From Catajapyx aquilonaris (lineage: Eukaryota): a DNA stretch of 64,000 bases. The stretch is taken from positions 1 to 64,000 of the forward strand of contig JYFJ02001879.1 of the NCBI GenBank assembly GCA_000934665.2, given 5' to 3'. Of this stretch, positions 40,090-53,767 are shown piece by piece (position 1 is the stretch's first letter; each line of letters opens with the position of its first letter). The notes below the pieces were generated by a model. The model did not search any database. It was not told the DNA's origin and was given only the letters and a program-made list of their open reading frames with translations. Made by a program: the position numbers and the translations under genes.

Positions 40090-40497
40090 AGGGTTGGTTT
40101 GGTTTATTAGGAAGAAGCCAAAGCAACTATGGCTATCTGGCTATACAGGGTGTAAATCCTAAGCGTGTCACAAGAAAAGACGGTGGCAGATGGGGCAGGT
40201 GTGAGCATTTTTGCATAAGGAACTAGGGGTCGGAAACGCACCCTCACCGAATTACGCCCCTTTCAAGTTTGCGGCAGGCAGTGTGCAAGAGGCGTGCGGC
40301 ACGCGGTGGATGAGTGGGCGAGGGGGGCTTGGCAGATGCGTTTCCGACCCCTAGTTCCTTATGCAAAAATGCTCACACCTACGCCCTCTACCACCACCTT
40401 TTCTGGTGACACGCTAGGATTTACACCCTGTAGAAGACGGAAAGGTGGGACAGATGGAGAGAGAAACGAAGAAGGAAAAGAAGAGAAGAAAGACTGG
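40090..40497 (-). mobile_element. 5'-truncated copy C of the retroposon, split by a MITE
   Basis: GGTTGGTTTGGTTTATTAGGAAGAAGCCAAAGC...CTGGCTA|TA [MITE] TA|GAAGACGGAAAGGTGGGACAGATGG. Confidence 0.8.
40146..40430. mobile_element. Tc1/mariner-type MITE, family 2
   Basis: TIR CAGGGTGTAAATCCTA(A)GCGTGTCAC; TA TSD; the empty site is visible in retroposon copy B. Confidence 0.9.
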
Positions 40498-43400
40498 CTT
40501 TTTTAAATTTGTCTTTGACTTGAATATATCAAACACTCCTTGCTACACAACAATGAAAAGGACCTAGAGCGCTTCAGAAAAGATTCTCCAGCCGTAAAAG
40601 GGCCAGAAACGTTTCATGCCCATTATTGACAACTTTTCTGGCTCTTTTGCAGCCTGTGATATTTTTTATGGTGTTGGTGCAACCCTTACATCACACAACA
40701 GTTCAAACCAGTCTACTATCCATACATGCTGAAAACATTTCCACCAACTTTCCTCCGAAAAACGGTGGGGCCATACATCTTGATCAAAACCCCTTTTCTT
40801 CGCACCACCAGGGGGAAAAAACCCCCCAGTATAAGAATATAAATCGCATATTATTCATACCCCCCACTACAGTAACCTCCCTCCAAAAAAAAAATTCTCT
40901 TCATTTCGAGTCTGAATTTTCTCTTCAAAGTAAGTGCAGAGCGTCCGACTTGGGATCCGCAGACTCTCATCCCCCAGGAGCCTTTGACAGTAATGCCAAT
41001 CGTAAATAACCGGGCAGGAATTCCTTCTCCCGCCTTCCCACCTCCCTCCGTGTTATTATATCGAATCACTGTCGTAAATTTTCTGAATGTATTCCCCTAA
41101 CAATGCGACACAAAGCAGCAAAGGCTTATGGGGGTAATACGGAATTATTATTGTCAACTGGGATCCGGATGAAAAGGGAAGCAGCAGCAGGCAGGGGCTA
41201 ATGGAATACTGCAAATATGATTCCAGGGAGGAAATTATGACAATCGCTATAAGAGGGAGAGGCGGGGATGGGAAGAGGGAGGGGGGGAATATATATATTT
41301 TTAAAAAAAGAAGAGGTAATGTTGCTATTGTCGAGGATTCGCGTCGGGGGTAATTTAATTAGATTGTTATAAGCGAGAATCCACCATGCTCTTCGGGACG
41401 GCCTTCAATGCAATCAGTAACAAAAGGACCGGTTTCAAACGGAGAGATTTGGCAATTTGCTCCGCCTCCCTATAAAGCGGGAGGAGCGTATGAGCGCAAT
41501 GGGTGGAGCCAAGTGAGCGCGGATCCAATAAAATGCAAGCGACAGTATGCTCCGCCGTATGAGTCGAAAGAGGCGGAGCCAACGTGTGCACATGCGCAGA
41601 AATACATCGTATCGAATGCGTGCGCAAGAACTGGGCGGTGACAAGTTACTAGCAGCAGAGCCCGTTCTTCGCACTGTTTCCATGATAACGTAATCAACAA
41701 AAATCACTGTTTTTGCTTCCGTGGAAACCCCGTTGCGAAGGAAACTCAGTTATGTGGCATACCAACAAACTTCGCCTTTTATAATAATTATGTACAGTTT
41801 TTTTATTTAATTATTTTTTAAATTGTATTATTGTTGTTATGATTATGTATTCATCAATAGAGATGGGTTAGGTGTACTGCGTATACAAGTCATCCCTGGC
41901 TACCCCATTTTTTGAGACAATGCTGTGATGTAATGAATTATTATAATTATAGTATTATTGTTGCTGTACATTTCACACATTACATTCTACACTACTCTTG
42001 CTTCAACCAATAGTATGGTACTGGTATATTATTATATTGCATTTCACTTGCAACTAACAGAATATTGACAAGATTATCTCCAGTAGAATGAGTACCGTAA
42101 TTAGCGTACTGGGTATTGCACTGTACAGTTAGCACCATGAAGGCAGATTCTTTGAGAAGGTATTCGCAGCATACACGGCCATAACACGTGAATTTCCATG
42201 TTTGAGACATGAAGGTGGTGGCATTATTTTGGAAAGGGATGGGTGGGTGTCAGCTGTCACAATAATTCCTGTTCACATGCTTTCAAAAAAAAAAAATGTG
42301 AGACAAAAAAAAAGTGTGTGGTAATGCTATCACAACAGCAGGTATGTAAATTGGGACATATGCTCGGCCGATGCTGACCAAGCCTAACTCGCCGTACAAA
42401 TTCCCATGTGAACGGGAAGCTACAAAAGTACATCGAAAAATGACGCTACTCGACACAAAAAGAAATAACCATGTTTGTACTGCATATTCAACAGCTTACA
42501 ATTAAGCTCTGTTATTGCAAAGGCATCCAACCTAGTGGTGTTCCTAGATGCATCGGTCGATGTTCATATATTTTTGAATCCAAATAATGTTGGTGCACAG
42601 CTGACTACACTGGCTGCAATCTTCCTGCAAGAAATGCAATGCACATGCCATCTCTGGTTCAAAAGGGAGACTGTGGCAGGGAAGGTTTGAACGGCTTGTT
42701 AGGATTGCTGGCATAAATTTCAAAATGAGTCCACAAAGTGGATGTCTTCCAAGGAACAGGATGTTCCGGTTATATGGCTCATAACAGAAGCATTTGCTTC
42801 AATAATGCAGACATTTGGAAAGAATACAGATCTATTGGTTGAACTGGCAATTGAGTGGGTTGGCTGGAGAAGGACATACAACCTACAGCAATGAGATTTT
42901 ACCCACTTGTAATAATACCTGAATGGGATATGCCATACCCAGATTTTAAAATAAGCAAATTATAATTTTGCGCTTTGGTACACTAACACAACAAAATGTA
43001 ACTCGCAGTGGACATAACTCTCAATTACTTTCGCCCTGTCAACTGCATATTATACACCACGTCTGATGGGGATTCTGGAACAGAAGCTTTTATTTGCCCA
43101 TGAGTACAATGCTGAAACCTGTACAGGCAGCGAACATTCATGTAAGCAACAAATCGTGGATGACCCTACCATGAGAGTAGACAAAGCTACCCCTCCCTAT
43201 GGAACTATTGGAGGGGTGAAGCACTAACAGTAAGACTAGAAAACTTGTAAAAATTAAAGCCTGTAAATTTTAACTTCAAGACTCACTGTCACTGATTAAT
43301 ATCAGAGTGTCCAAACAAAAAAGGCAACCTTCTTGCTTTCATCACCTTATCCAATGCTTTTGATTAATTTCATAGAGCAGTGGTTCGCTAACTGTGCTCT

Positions 43401-44497
43401 GCGGAGCCCTTGAAAACAGTAAAATTTGTCAAAGAACTAGTTCATTCGTTGACCTGCCCTTGAACACAATAGCGCCTAAATTTTTAGTTTATTGGACAAA
43501 TTTTTCACAGCAAATTGCATTTCATGGTATAGTTGGACTGAAGGCAATGACTGGCCATCAGACTGCCGGAGCTATCATCAGAATAAAAGAAAAATCAGAG
43601 TACAACAATAGTCAAGTGCTGTGTCTTCCACAGACAAACCTTAGCCATTATAAAAAAATGCCTTCTCTTTAAAAAAAAGTTCAGGACTAGGCTGTACAAA
43701 TTAGAATTTATTTTATTTTATTTTTCTACCCCTTCCTCAGGTCTCCGGACCTGTTTTGGGGGAAGTACAAATGAGTATAAATTACATTAAGTCCCAACCT
43801 CTGAAATCCAGGCTGTTAAAAAATTTGTATCACGACACAGAGTATTCGTAAATCCTTGCTTCCTCACACAGAAGTGAGGTGACTATCTAGAGCAGTGGTG
43901 TTCAAACTGGGGTACGCGAACATAATTTTGGGGGTACGCGAAAGATATCCTGCAATGGCGTCCAGTCTCTACATTTGTGGGAACCATAATATTCTGATTC
44001 AACCAGAAGGAAGCAACTTCTGAGAAAATCACAAAAAATAGTCCTACTAATTCCCATCTTTCACTGAACATGCCGTTTTTCTGCAGCCAGACATCGCCAA
44101 ACTATGCTAAACTAACAACCCCATTTATCTCAGTAGATGCTATGTTGTGTAAAAAATTCTGTAATTAAAATAAGATGCTTTTCTTTTTTGCATCTTGTGT
44201 ATCACTACTGTACTATATCCAGCAAAAAGGCGGAGACGATTTTCATTGACAACAAAGGAAAAATCGCATACATATTTTTCAGCTATATACACGGTACAGT
44301 ACAGTACGGTAAGGCCCTTCCTAAAACACCCATTGCAAGTGAAAAAAAGTCAGGGGCACCGCTGTCAAATTATTTCTATAAAGGGGGCTCCATGGGACAA
44401 TAGGTTTGGGAAACCACTGTCACAGAACATGCCGCTGGACAAAGCTCAGTGAATTACGGATAAATGGCGGTGTTTTGGCTACCCTATCAGACCTATA

Positions 44498-44696
44498 CAG
44501 GGTTTCTCTACTGAAGTTCCGCGAGCAATCGCCAGGGATTCCGCAAGGAATAGTGATGAATAGGCTATCATATGTAAATGCATTTTTGAGTCATTAATTG
44601 GCAGATCTATAATATAATAATTTTTATGTAGGAGTTCCCTGACAGAGGAATATTATTTGAAGAGTTCCGCAAAGGTGCAAAGGTTGAGGAACCCTG
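44498..44696. mobile_element. hAT (Charlie-like) MITE
   Basis: CAGGGTTTCTC...GAGGAACCCTG with TSD GACCTATA/GACCTACA. Confidence 0.7.
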
Positions 44697-44839
44697 GACC
44701 TACATGGCAAAGCACACACAAAGATGATTGGAAGACTATTAGTGACACCTGGGATCAAGATTTAAAAAGGGGTATTTCAAAGTAACCCCTTATCACCCCA
44801 TCTTTTAAAATCATAATTAGATAACACTAGCAACTAGAG

Positions 44840-45140
44840 CAGTGGTTCCTAACCTTTTTTAGCTCGCTGCACCCCTATGCACCCCAAAAATTCTGACGGC
44901 AACCCTAACTTTAAACTAAGTAGGCCTACAATAATTCATGCAAATAGTTGTAGGCCATTTAAAAAAGTTAATCGAGTTGCATTACACTTCAATCAGTATT
45001 GGCACTTATTATGTAAAATTATAATACCCTCAATTTATAATTTCACTTTCGCAGGGCGTGACAGCAGGTAACGATATGATAGGCAATCTTTTCGCAGCAC
45101 CCCTACAAGTCGTCAGCGGCACCCCAGTTGGGAACCACTG
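44840..45140. mobile_element. hAT (Charlie-like) MITE
   Basis: CAGTGGTTCCTAAC...GTTGGGAACCACTG with a perfect 8-bp TSD AACTAGAG. Further hAT ends lie at 43378, 43893 and 44419. Confidence 0.85.
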
Positions 45141-46829
45141 AACTAGAGAGTACGGCTTACACAAAAGAATCGGGATATCAATTTATTAATGTTTGCGGAT
45201 GAGTATGACACTTCTTTGGGTACATGAAAATTGGGCATGGAGAAGGAGGAAGAAAAAGTGGGAGGTCCAAAGCATGTAGAAATGAAGCCGAGTTTTGTCT
45301 TTTCTGCTGCCAGGTCAGAAGAAATTCAGCGAGTGAATGAAAAGGAGTGCTCTCTTCAGATCACACTCCGAGATCACACTGACTCCTCCTGGATGGCAAC
45401 CCTTTTTATTTTGACAGTGACACATGTGCACAACACAACTAATGGGCAGAATCAAGAGGCAAGGGCAGGCAAGGTGGGAGAATAATCTTGGAAGGTTCGA
45501 GAGGTGGAAAATGAATGTAGGAGGCTGGAACCAATATGGTGAGAAGGCAGGAATATATTGAGCAAGTTCTGTTCAGTAAAAGTAATTTCTGAGGGCCTTA
45601 GTGTACCTCTCTCTGCCTTCCCAATATTTTCATATTCATATAGCTGGAGCACATATCGTCGGTGATCATGCAAAACCTCGTATCTCCTGCAAAAACCAAT
45701 GGAAGATACGAGGTTTTGCATGATCACCGACGATATGAATGCTACCAAGCGAGTAACCAAAATCACTCAGGTCCGCATGCATGAAAACACAATATTACTC
45801 GATACAAACTACAACAAATGGAATTTCCATGCATGTGGATCTGCACTATTTTGATTGCACACATGGTGTACATTGGTGCGTGAATCAAAGTACAGGGACA
45901 TCAAAAAAGAATGCTCATGTTTTGAAACCCTACAACTCGAAAAACCTGTAGACATATCTAAATGATTTACGTTTTCAAATGCTGAGAAATGTCTCGAGGT
46001 TTGGTCTTACCATAGTTTGTTTCAGTATGAGCTCTATTTGTCGCTTGGAATATGTAAATATGGGAATTAATGCCATGCCTAACCTGCTCAGTCAGTCAGT
46101 CATATCCAGCACCTACAGGATAGGATTGCAATGGTAACTCCAGGTATGACTGAGCGGGTTTGGCACAACAACGATTACTGTTTTTATTTATCTGCATAGT
46201 GACAAATGAAGCTCGTATCGAAACAAACTAAGGGGAGACCAAAACTTTAGACATTTCTTAGAATTTCAGAACTTAAATCATGTCTACAAGTTTTCGAGTT
46301 ATATGGTTTTATAATTGGGACATTCTTTTTCCATGTTCCCGTATAATTTCTAGAACCCTGAAATAGATATGAATTAGCATACCAAAATACCATCCTCTTG
46401 CACCAGGTATGCAAGAATGACTTTTGACCCCTTTGCAAGTAGCCATTTAACAGCTCGGGTGCAGTGGCATCCAGTCCATCTGACACACGCTGGCAGTCCG
46501 ATGTTCTGTCGGTAAATCTGGAAGCAGTAAGTGTACTCATTAGGCAGTGAATTCCTCTAGCCCACATCAGGGAAAATCAGCACTGTTATTCACATAGGAT
46601 TACATAGGATCACATAGGAACACAAAAAGATTTTGCGACAGCGACAAGCGGCAAACGCCTGCCCCGCCAATTGTTATTAATTATTGGCAATAATAAATAT
46701 AAATAAGAAATATGCCCGCAACGCGCGCCGTTTGCCGCGCGACTTTTTTTTTTGTGAAATGGCCTTTATACACAAATTCCCTGCAAATTTTCCTACTTTC
46801 TCATGGCATGTCAAGCATGGCACATGCTA

Positions 46830-47172
46830 CAGTGCTGGACATAATAGCCGTCGCTGAATGTTTTTTTCCGGCAGCGGCGGCGGCGGGGTTACCTGGCAAC
46901 CCTGTCTGGCGGGCCAATTCAAACATCAGCCCATGGAGAGCGCTTCCATTGTTGCCACTGTTTACAAATCGAACGAGTGACGCGGCCGACCCAGCGACGG
47001 GTCTCTTCTGCCTGCGCACTCACTCACTTGATTTGTAAACAGTGGCAACAATGAAAGCGCTCTCCATGGGCTGGTGTTTGAATTGGCCCGCCGGACAGGG
47101 TTGCCAGGTAACCCCGTCGCAGCCGCTGCCGGAAAAAAAAACATTAAGCGACGGCTATTATGTCCAGCACTG
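46830..47172. mobile_element. Fold-back Tc1/mariner-type MITE
   Basis: TA-CAGTGCTGGACATAATAGCCGTCGCT ... AGCGACGGCTATTATGTCCAGCACTG-TA with ~140-bp near-perfect arms; explains ORFs 46712-47144. Confidence 0.9.
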
Positions 47173-48572
47173 TACCTAGCATTCTACCATAATCTGATGC
47201 AGCAAAAAAATTGCTTAATTGCACAAAAATGACATCCAGGAGTCCCACGAACCCATATGAGCGCTAACGACCACCAGTGCAAATGCAGCAGGAAGCGCTG
47301 CACTTCCCATATTTAATTAGCCGCTTCCATTACGAAGGTGTGGCTTCATACCCCTGATTTGTTGCGGACACTAGCAGTTTGCCATGATGTTGCTACGGTG
47401 TCACGGTTGTAATGCTCATGCGCTGCGTGCTTCTCGTTGTAAGTGATCCGGCATGTGCGACTAGCTCATGGCTTCCACGTACCAGCACCTGCAACAGACC
47501 CACACAATGAACCACCATACCATCATATGCATCCTGGTCTCCTCCCATCAGCTCTACGTACATGTCCACTACCTCGTCTGCCTGTCCGTTCGCCGGGAGG
47601 ATGAGGCGCATGGGTGTGCAGGTACCGCAGAATGATGAAGACATACCGAGTAGTGTCCTGTGCACCATTCTTCTTCAGGATCTGAGTGTTTTGATGGCCT
47701 GATGACAGGGGGCTGCACTTGACACTCTACAGCCTGACACCTGCTGGCCATCTGGTCTACCATTGACCCACATGCTGACAAACTTTTGCATATATATGTG
47801 TACAGGATATAATATACGATATTAAATTAAAATGCTAAATTAAAAATGTTAAGAAATTTTGAATTTAAAATGCAAAAATTTTCTTCTCAAAATAAAATGT
47901 CTCGTACTTTAAAAGAAAAATGTGAAGTACAGTAGGCCTACAATGCTCAGAAAATGTGAAAAATAAAATATCGGATATTTATATTTAAAAAATACATTAG
48001 GAACTATAGCTTGGGAAAATTTTCAAATGCCAAAAATTGTGACAGTGACATTTAAAGGACTTTATTTCGAAATTTTTAATGTGAACTTTGAATAGGCTTT
48101 ACTGATGTAGTACTATGTAAAATTGTAACGTTAATTTGAAAGTTGTTAATATATGTAGGGTTTTAGGCCCTAAATGAAATTTCAGATTCTTTAATAAAAA
48201 GACTAAAAATTAACAATTTTTGATACTAAATTTTAACTTAAATCTGAAAGAAAAATTAACGGGAACTTGAAGAAATTTAAAATTTAAGCAAATTTTATAA
48301 TTCCAAAATATGAAATGTAATTGTAAAATTCCATATCATACGCATGCAGTATAATCGGGTTTGTCTTTCTCGGAGCTGATGTAGTATCACTATACCCCCT
48401 CGCACCACCTGAGAGTGGCAGTAGTGTGACGCAGAGAGGGAGGATGTGCCATCTATGTGTGGAATATGGCACTACACAGAAAGTCAGATGGGCTGCACTA
48501 GAAATATGACAAACAGTGCCTACCGAAGTCACATGTGACTGTACAATGCAAATGAGATATGGACATCACTTT

Positions 48573-48925
48573 TCACCCATGGCACCTCCGGTGGGCCCGC
48601 GTAGTATTGTCCTGTACGTGGTTCCCCAACTCTTGTTCCACGGGTACGTACTGCCAGGTGAGGGTACCGGTGTCCCTGTTCCACTCCAGATCCAGGTAGT
48701 GTCCCTGGAGTGGGTTTTCGTCGAAAAGATTGACGAACTCCATCCCGCTGTACATCCCTTCCAGGAAGTCCCCGAGCACCACGTCGTCCGTCACCCTCTC
48801 CCAGGCGTCCATCCAGAACATACCTCGGTCCGTCCATACCTCGTATGCCACGTGAGCTATGCGGTACCCCGTCAGAGCATCCTCGTCGAACAGATTTCGC
48901 AGCTCAGACCCGTCCATATCATCAC
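48573..48925 (-). CDS. Putative orphan coding exon for an acidic, Trp-rich protein of unknown function
   Basis: GC-rich open frame in an AT-rich background with strong G/C third positions; acceptor gcacag at 48926; protein-like sequence GDDMDGSELRNLFDEDALTGYRIAHVAYEVWTDRGMFWMDAWERV...; no family recognised. Confidence 0.5.
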
Positions 48926-50078
48926 CTGTGCACGATTCATATTGTTATACTCGCAACAATTTATAGTTACTTAATTGGCGAAATGTATTAATTTACTTAT
49001 TCAATCAATCAATAAGCAATCGCGATAAATCTTAATTAATTATTATGGCCAGGTGGACTGTAAGGCCTACCTGGTCATCGCTGGTAACCCCATCTTGATG
49101 GGAATATGCCGTGAATGTATGTATGTATGCATTTATATTTATTATTTATTATTTACTGATATTTATTTATTTAATAATACATACGTATGTATACTACGAC
49201 GGTATATAATATTATTATTTTAATGAGTCATGAGTGGATAGTTATCCTGCCAGATGTTCTGTCCATTGTCCAATCTCCCCCAACAATCAATAATATGTGC
49301 ATTGTGTGTATGGGGAGGCCTGTATGAGTCACAGGGCAACAGGACTGCCAACCCAAACATAATTTTATCATACGGAAACATATCAGCATAAGTTAGCATT
49401 TCTGATACGAACATAATATTTTCCTTCGTGCTTGTAATATTATTTATTAATAATAATGGTTGCTGCTGTCTAGTGGTAAGCAATACCGTTGCAAGCGGAC
49501 CTGGGTTTGCTCCTAATACGAGATGAATAAAGAGACAACAAGTTGACCTGGCAGGATGACCCCACGACTAACCTGGGTCACTCCCCTTCTTCCTCTTCTT
49601 CCAGTCTTGGTCCAGTCCACCCTCCATCCTGCCATTCCCAGAGTGTTCCTTCCTGTGGAACTGAGATGAAGCCAGACACCCTGGGAGTGCCTTCTATTTG
49701 GGGTATCCAGAGAGGGGGGGGGNGGGGGGGGGGGGGGGTCAGGAAGGACGCCCCCTACATTCTGTCGACCTTTGAACAAGTCAGCTTATATCGGGCTGAA
49801 AGACCCAGTCAACACTATCTGGCTTATCAGTGTCGGTAAACAGAGTTTCCGGTAATAATTACCACTCGTACAGTCTTTCAAATATTTAAGCCTGCATAAT
49901 AATATATCACCTGTACTGGCTGTACATATACATGTTATGCAAATAATGACTGAAGAAATTTATTTATTTATATTATATTGTCAAAATGTAGGAGTGTAAA
50001 TGAAAAAAAACGAACAAATGTTGCCTTTTATTATAATGGAGATTATAAAGACTAATCATATCCATTTAACAGTTAAGG

Positions 50079-50240
50079 ACAATTATGAATTAACACGAAT
50101 AATAATTATCATGAACAATTATGAATTAACACGAATAATAATTATCATGAATAATTATGAATTAACACGAATAATAATTATCATGAGCAATTATTATGAA
50201 TTAACATGAATAATAATTATCATGAACAATTATTATGAAT
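50079..50240. repeat. 36-39-bp AT-rich tandem repeat (about 4 copies)
   Basis: AATTATGAATTAACACGAATAATAATTATCATGAAC repeated; generates ORF 50000-50209. Confidence 0.85.
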
Positions 50241-53200
50241 TTACCGGTATTAATATAACTATTCATTAACACGAAAAATTATTAATTAATTTATTAACAC
50301 GACTAATAATTATTAGTCATGTTAATTAATTCGTGTTAACAAATAATTGCTATTCATTTTAATAATTAATAATTATTAGTTAATTATTAGTCATGATTAA
50401 AATGAATAACAATTATTTATTAACACGAATAGCACTTATTAATTAACACGAATAACTATTATTAATTATCATGGATAATAATTATTTATTAACATGAGCA
50501 TAATTGGTAGTAATTAATAACTTGAGTTGTTATTTTGTTGTTGTTGTTTTTCCTTTAAAACAGGTGCATTCTATGGTGAGGAAGTTGAGGCGCTGAGGCG
50601 TCAGCAGATAGTTCGACCTTGTCATTGTTGTGAGTGGTGACAAAATCACTTTTCTTCCCAAGACCCTCGTGATACTTGCTGAAGACACCAGGGAAAAATA
50701 AATAGTCTACTGGAAGAAACTGCTGCTAATTAATGAATATCACGCGACAATTTAATAATTGTAACCTCGAAGTGCATATTAAGATGCGTTTATCACGAAA
50801 GCACGTACAGTACGTGTTATCCCTGTAATTGGATCCAAAAACTGATTAAAAACGCACTCTTTCCACGTGAAAAATACGCTTAAAAAGTTCCAAAAATTAC
50901 ATATTTCACGTGTAATTATAATTACACGTTTGCAACTTAAAATCGGTAGGGTTATTTCTACATCTCATGTCTGGAGTCCGTTATCAGTGTTGGAAACAGC
51001 AGGTTCTCTCCGTATTCGCGCGGGTTTTCTCTGGCCTTTTCCGCTTTAAAAATCACAATAAAATAATGTACTTTTGCCTGCTAGGAAAAAAAATGAAGAA
51101 ACTTGCATTCTTATCAAAAAAACGACGATATAGTTAAAGGATAATATATTCCAAGGCAATGCAATAATTATGTGTGTACACACATGGCCTTCACGTGTGT
51201 GCTATCACATCTTCCCGGGGATTTTACCCAGAACTTTTCTCATTTAAATGTACTGCAGTACATTTAAATGCAAAAAAGTTCTGGGTAAAATCCCTGGGAA
51301 GAACGACACAGGAAGCAAATATTGACAACCTTCAATAAAAAATAGTAAAGTGAATTTATAGAAAGGACAGATAATCACAATATAGATGTAGTTGAAGGTT
51401 AGTATTTTACGATAGTTTGTAATATATGAGTTAGGAAATTGCTGACAGGTATTGTGTAGTGCTTCTGGATTCCAATCACGTGCAAGACTCTACAAGCATT
51501 TAATGAGAAAAGGGGCTGTCTAATTAACACGTCTGAAAAAATTCCTCTCAACACGCGTATCTAGAGTCAAATTGTACAGTGTTCATGTGTTGTTATTCAA
51601 TTTATCAGGCCGGTAATCCCTTATTAGTGCTGTAAAACAATTAAACCACTGGGATCATTATAAAACTCGTGGGAATGGAGAGTGAAAGGATTCTAACCCT
51701 TAAGAAGCGGGATAATAATACCACAGTACATTAATTAAAATTCGCGTAATTAAATACACGCCGGAAACAGTTCGTTTTTGTAGCAGTAGGAAGATTAAAT
51801 CATAGTGCACAGTTAAATCATTCTATTCGGGCACAATACCAAACAACCATTGCTATCATTAAATAAAATAATAATATTGTAAGCTGGCCACTTCATAAAT
51901 ACATCTGACGAGTGACGAGTAAATTATGACTGTCAAGACGTTTCATTAATTACCATATAAAAACAGCGTGTCCTACTTTCCAATAGTAATAAGAATGACA
52001 ACGTGCCTGACAAAAAAAGGACACACTCTCACAATTTTTTTTGCCTCTCCTTGAGGCCATATAAGTGTCCTTCCTTTTGGACAACAATGTTTCTAATTTC
52101 ATCAAAAGCCCTTAATATTTTACTGCACAAAACTCACTTCATTTTGACTGTTCTTTTATAACTTTCTGGTCAATTATTGGAGCTGTAATTTTTAAGCTCA
52201 TGTTGACATAATGTCCTTCACAGAAATGTGTAGAAAAAGTTAATATCGCATATTTTTAGAATATCTGCATAAGGTACAGGATATCAAAATGAGTAATAAT
52301 CAAATTGTGCAATAATTTCCACGGCTCATTGTAATGTAAGTAGATTTCACAACCGGCCTAACAATCGCCAAAAAAAAATTTAGGCACTTCACAATTGCTG
52401 CTATCAAAAAATCAACCTTCGACACCTAATTGCCCTTCATTATCCAAATTATTCACAAAGGTCCCCACAGTGGTCCCAAAGAAAGTGGAAGAACTGGTAT
52501 GGAGATTTTGATTTCTAGTTTGATATTCGTGTGGAATAAGGGACAATAAGGAGGCTGTATTTCTTCAGTGTGAAGTGGGCTACTTGCAATACACAACAGT
52601 CCTGACCTACCCCACTGCAAAAGATGTTGGACAAGGTGGTTGCATAAGATACAGCGCCAAGGATCCTGGGAGCTCATTTGCTGGGAGCATGTCACACCTG
52701 ACATATACGCTTCAGTCACTAGAGAGGAAGCTTGGAACCATGGCTTGGAACTGAGTCACTGACAACAATATACAGTTGACAAGTGTCAGCGAATAGATTA
52801 TCACATCGATAGCATCTAGACAAGATGGATACCACAGAAGTTAAACAAGTGAGTACACCTCTAAATTATTAATTACTTATTGCACATTATTGCCAGAGAA
52901 ATTATCCATGAATGAGCATTAACACAACAATATGGTTAAAATTATCAATTATTATTGGAATATTATCGAAATTATTCGAATTATTTATGTTCATTTATTA
53001 ATAATAATAATTAACTACTGTCACTTAATTCTATTATCAATTATTATCAATTAATTATTATTGTCAATACAATCAATTATTATCAATTAATTATTATTGT
53101 CAATACAATCAATTATTATCAATTGATTGTTATTGTCAATACAATCGATTATTATCAATATTATCAAATGTTATTTTAAAACTACTACTTTTGAAACAAC

Positions 53201-53649
53201 ATCAATAATGGGGGGGGGGGGGGGGGGGNGGGCTACTGTTCATAAAATCCGGTCCTGTGCTCCGAGACAAAAGAGGCCTAAGATGTGGTGCTTATACATT
53301 AGCCTACTACATACTAGACCAGTTTCGAGAGAGACAATGCGGTATGGTATGTTCCTAAAAGCATTATTTTATATCTCACCCTATTCCGCCACCATCTCCA
53401 TTTGCACATCCGAAGATCATTATCATATTATTATATTGTCTCAATAAACTGGTCCGTGAGCTGCTCTTACCTTCACCTATAATTTCTTTTTTATCCAAAA
53501 CCTGCTCCCTTTTGCTTCAACAACCCTTCACAAAGATAGGCTTAGAGTATAATTAGGACTGAACCACCATTTTAAGACCAAGCTCAAGGTCTATTCGCCG
53601 CATTTGGCGACTTCACGTTGAACATGCCACACCGTGCGAAAATGCTCAG

Positions 53650-53717
53650 CCAATAATAGTGCACATAGATTATGCCACTGTTATAAGGCAATAGGTCAAA
53701 CAGCATCATTATCATTA
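53650..53717 (+). promoter_or_regulatory. Candidate core promoter of ALDH-like gene 1
   Basis: CCAAT at 53650, TATAAG at 53682 and Inr-like TCATTA with its A at 53714 (32 nt spacing); ATG at 53768. Confidence 0.45.
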
Positions 53718-53767
53718 ATAATATTGTTGCGAGCAAATTAGTGAAGGCAGAAAATCTTGTAGCAAAA

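Noticed and set aside
41559..41600. Hammerhead ribozyme (…TATGAGTCGAAAGAGG…)
   Set aside because: It lacks the CUGANGA core and the correctly placed GAAA; it is only a simple GC hairpin.
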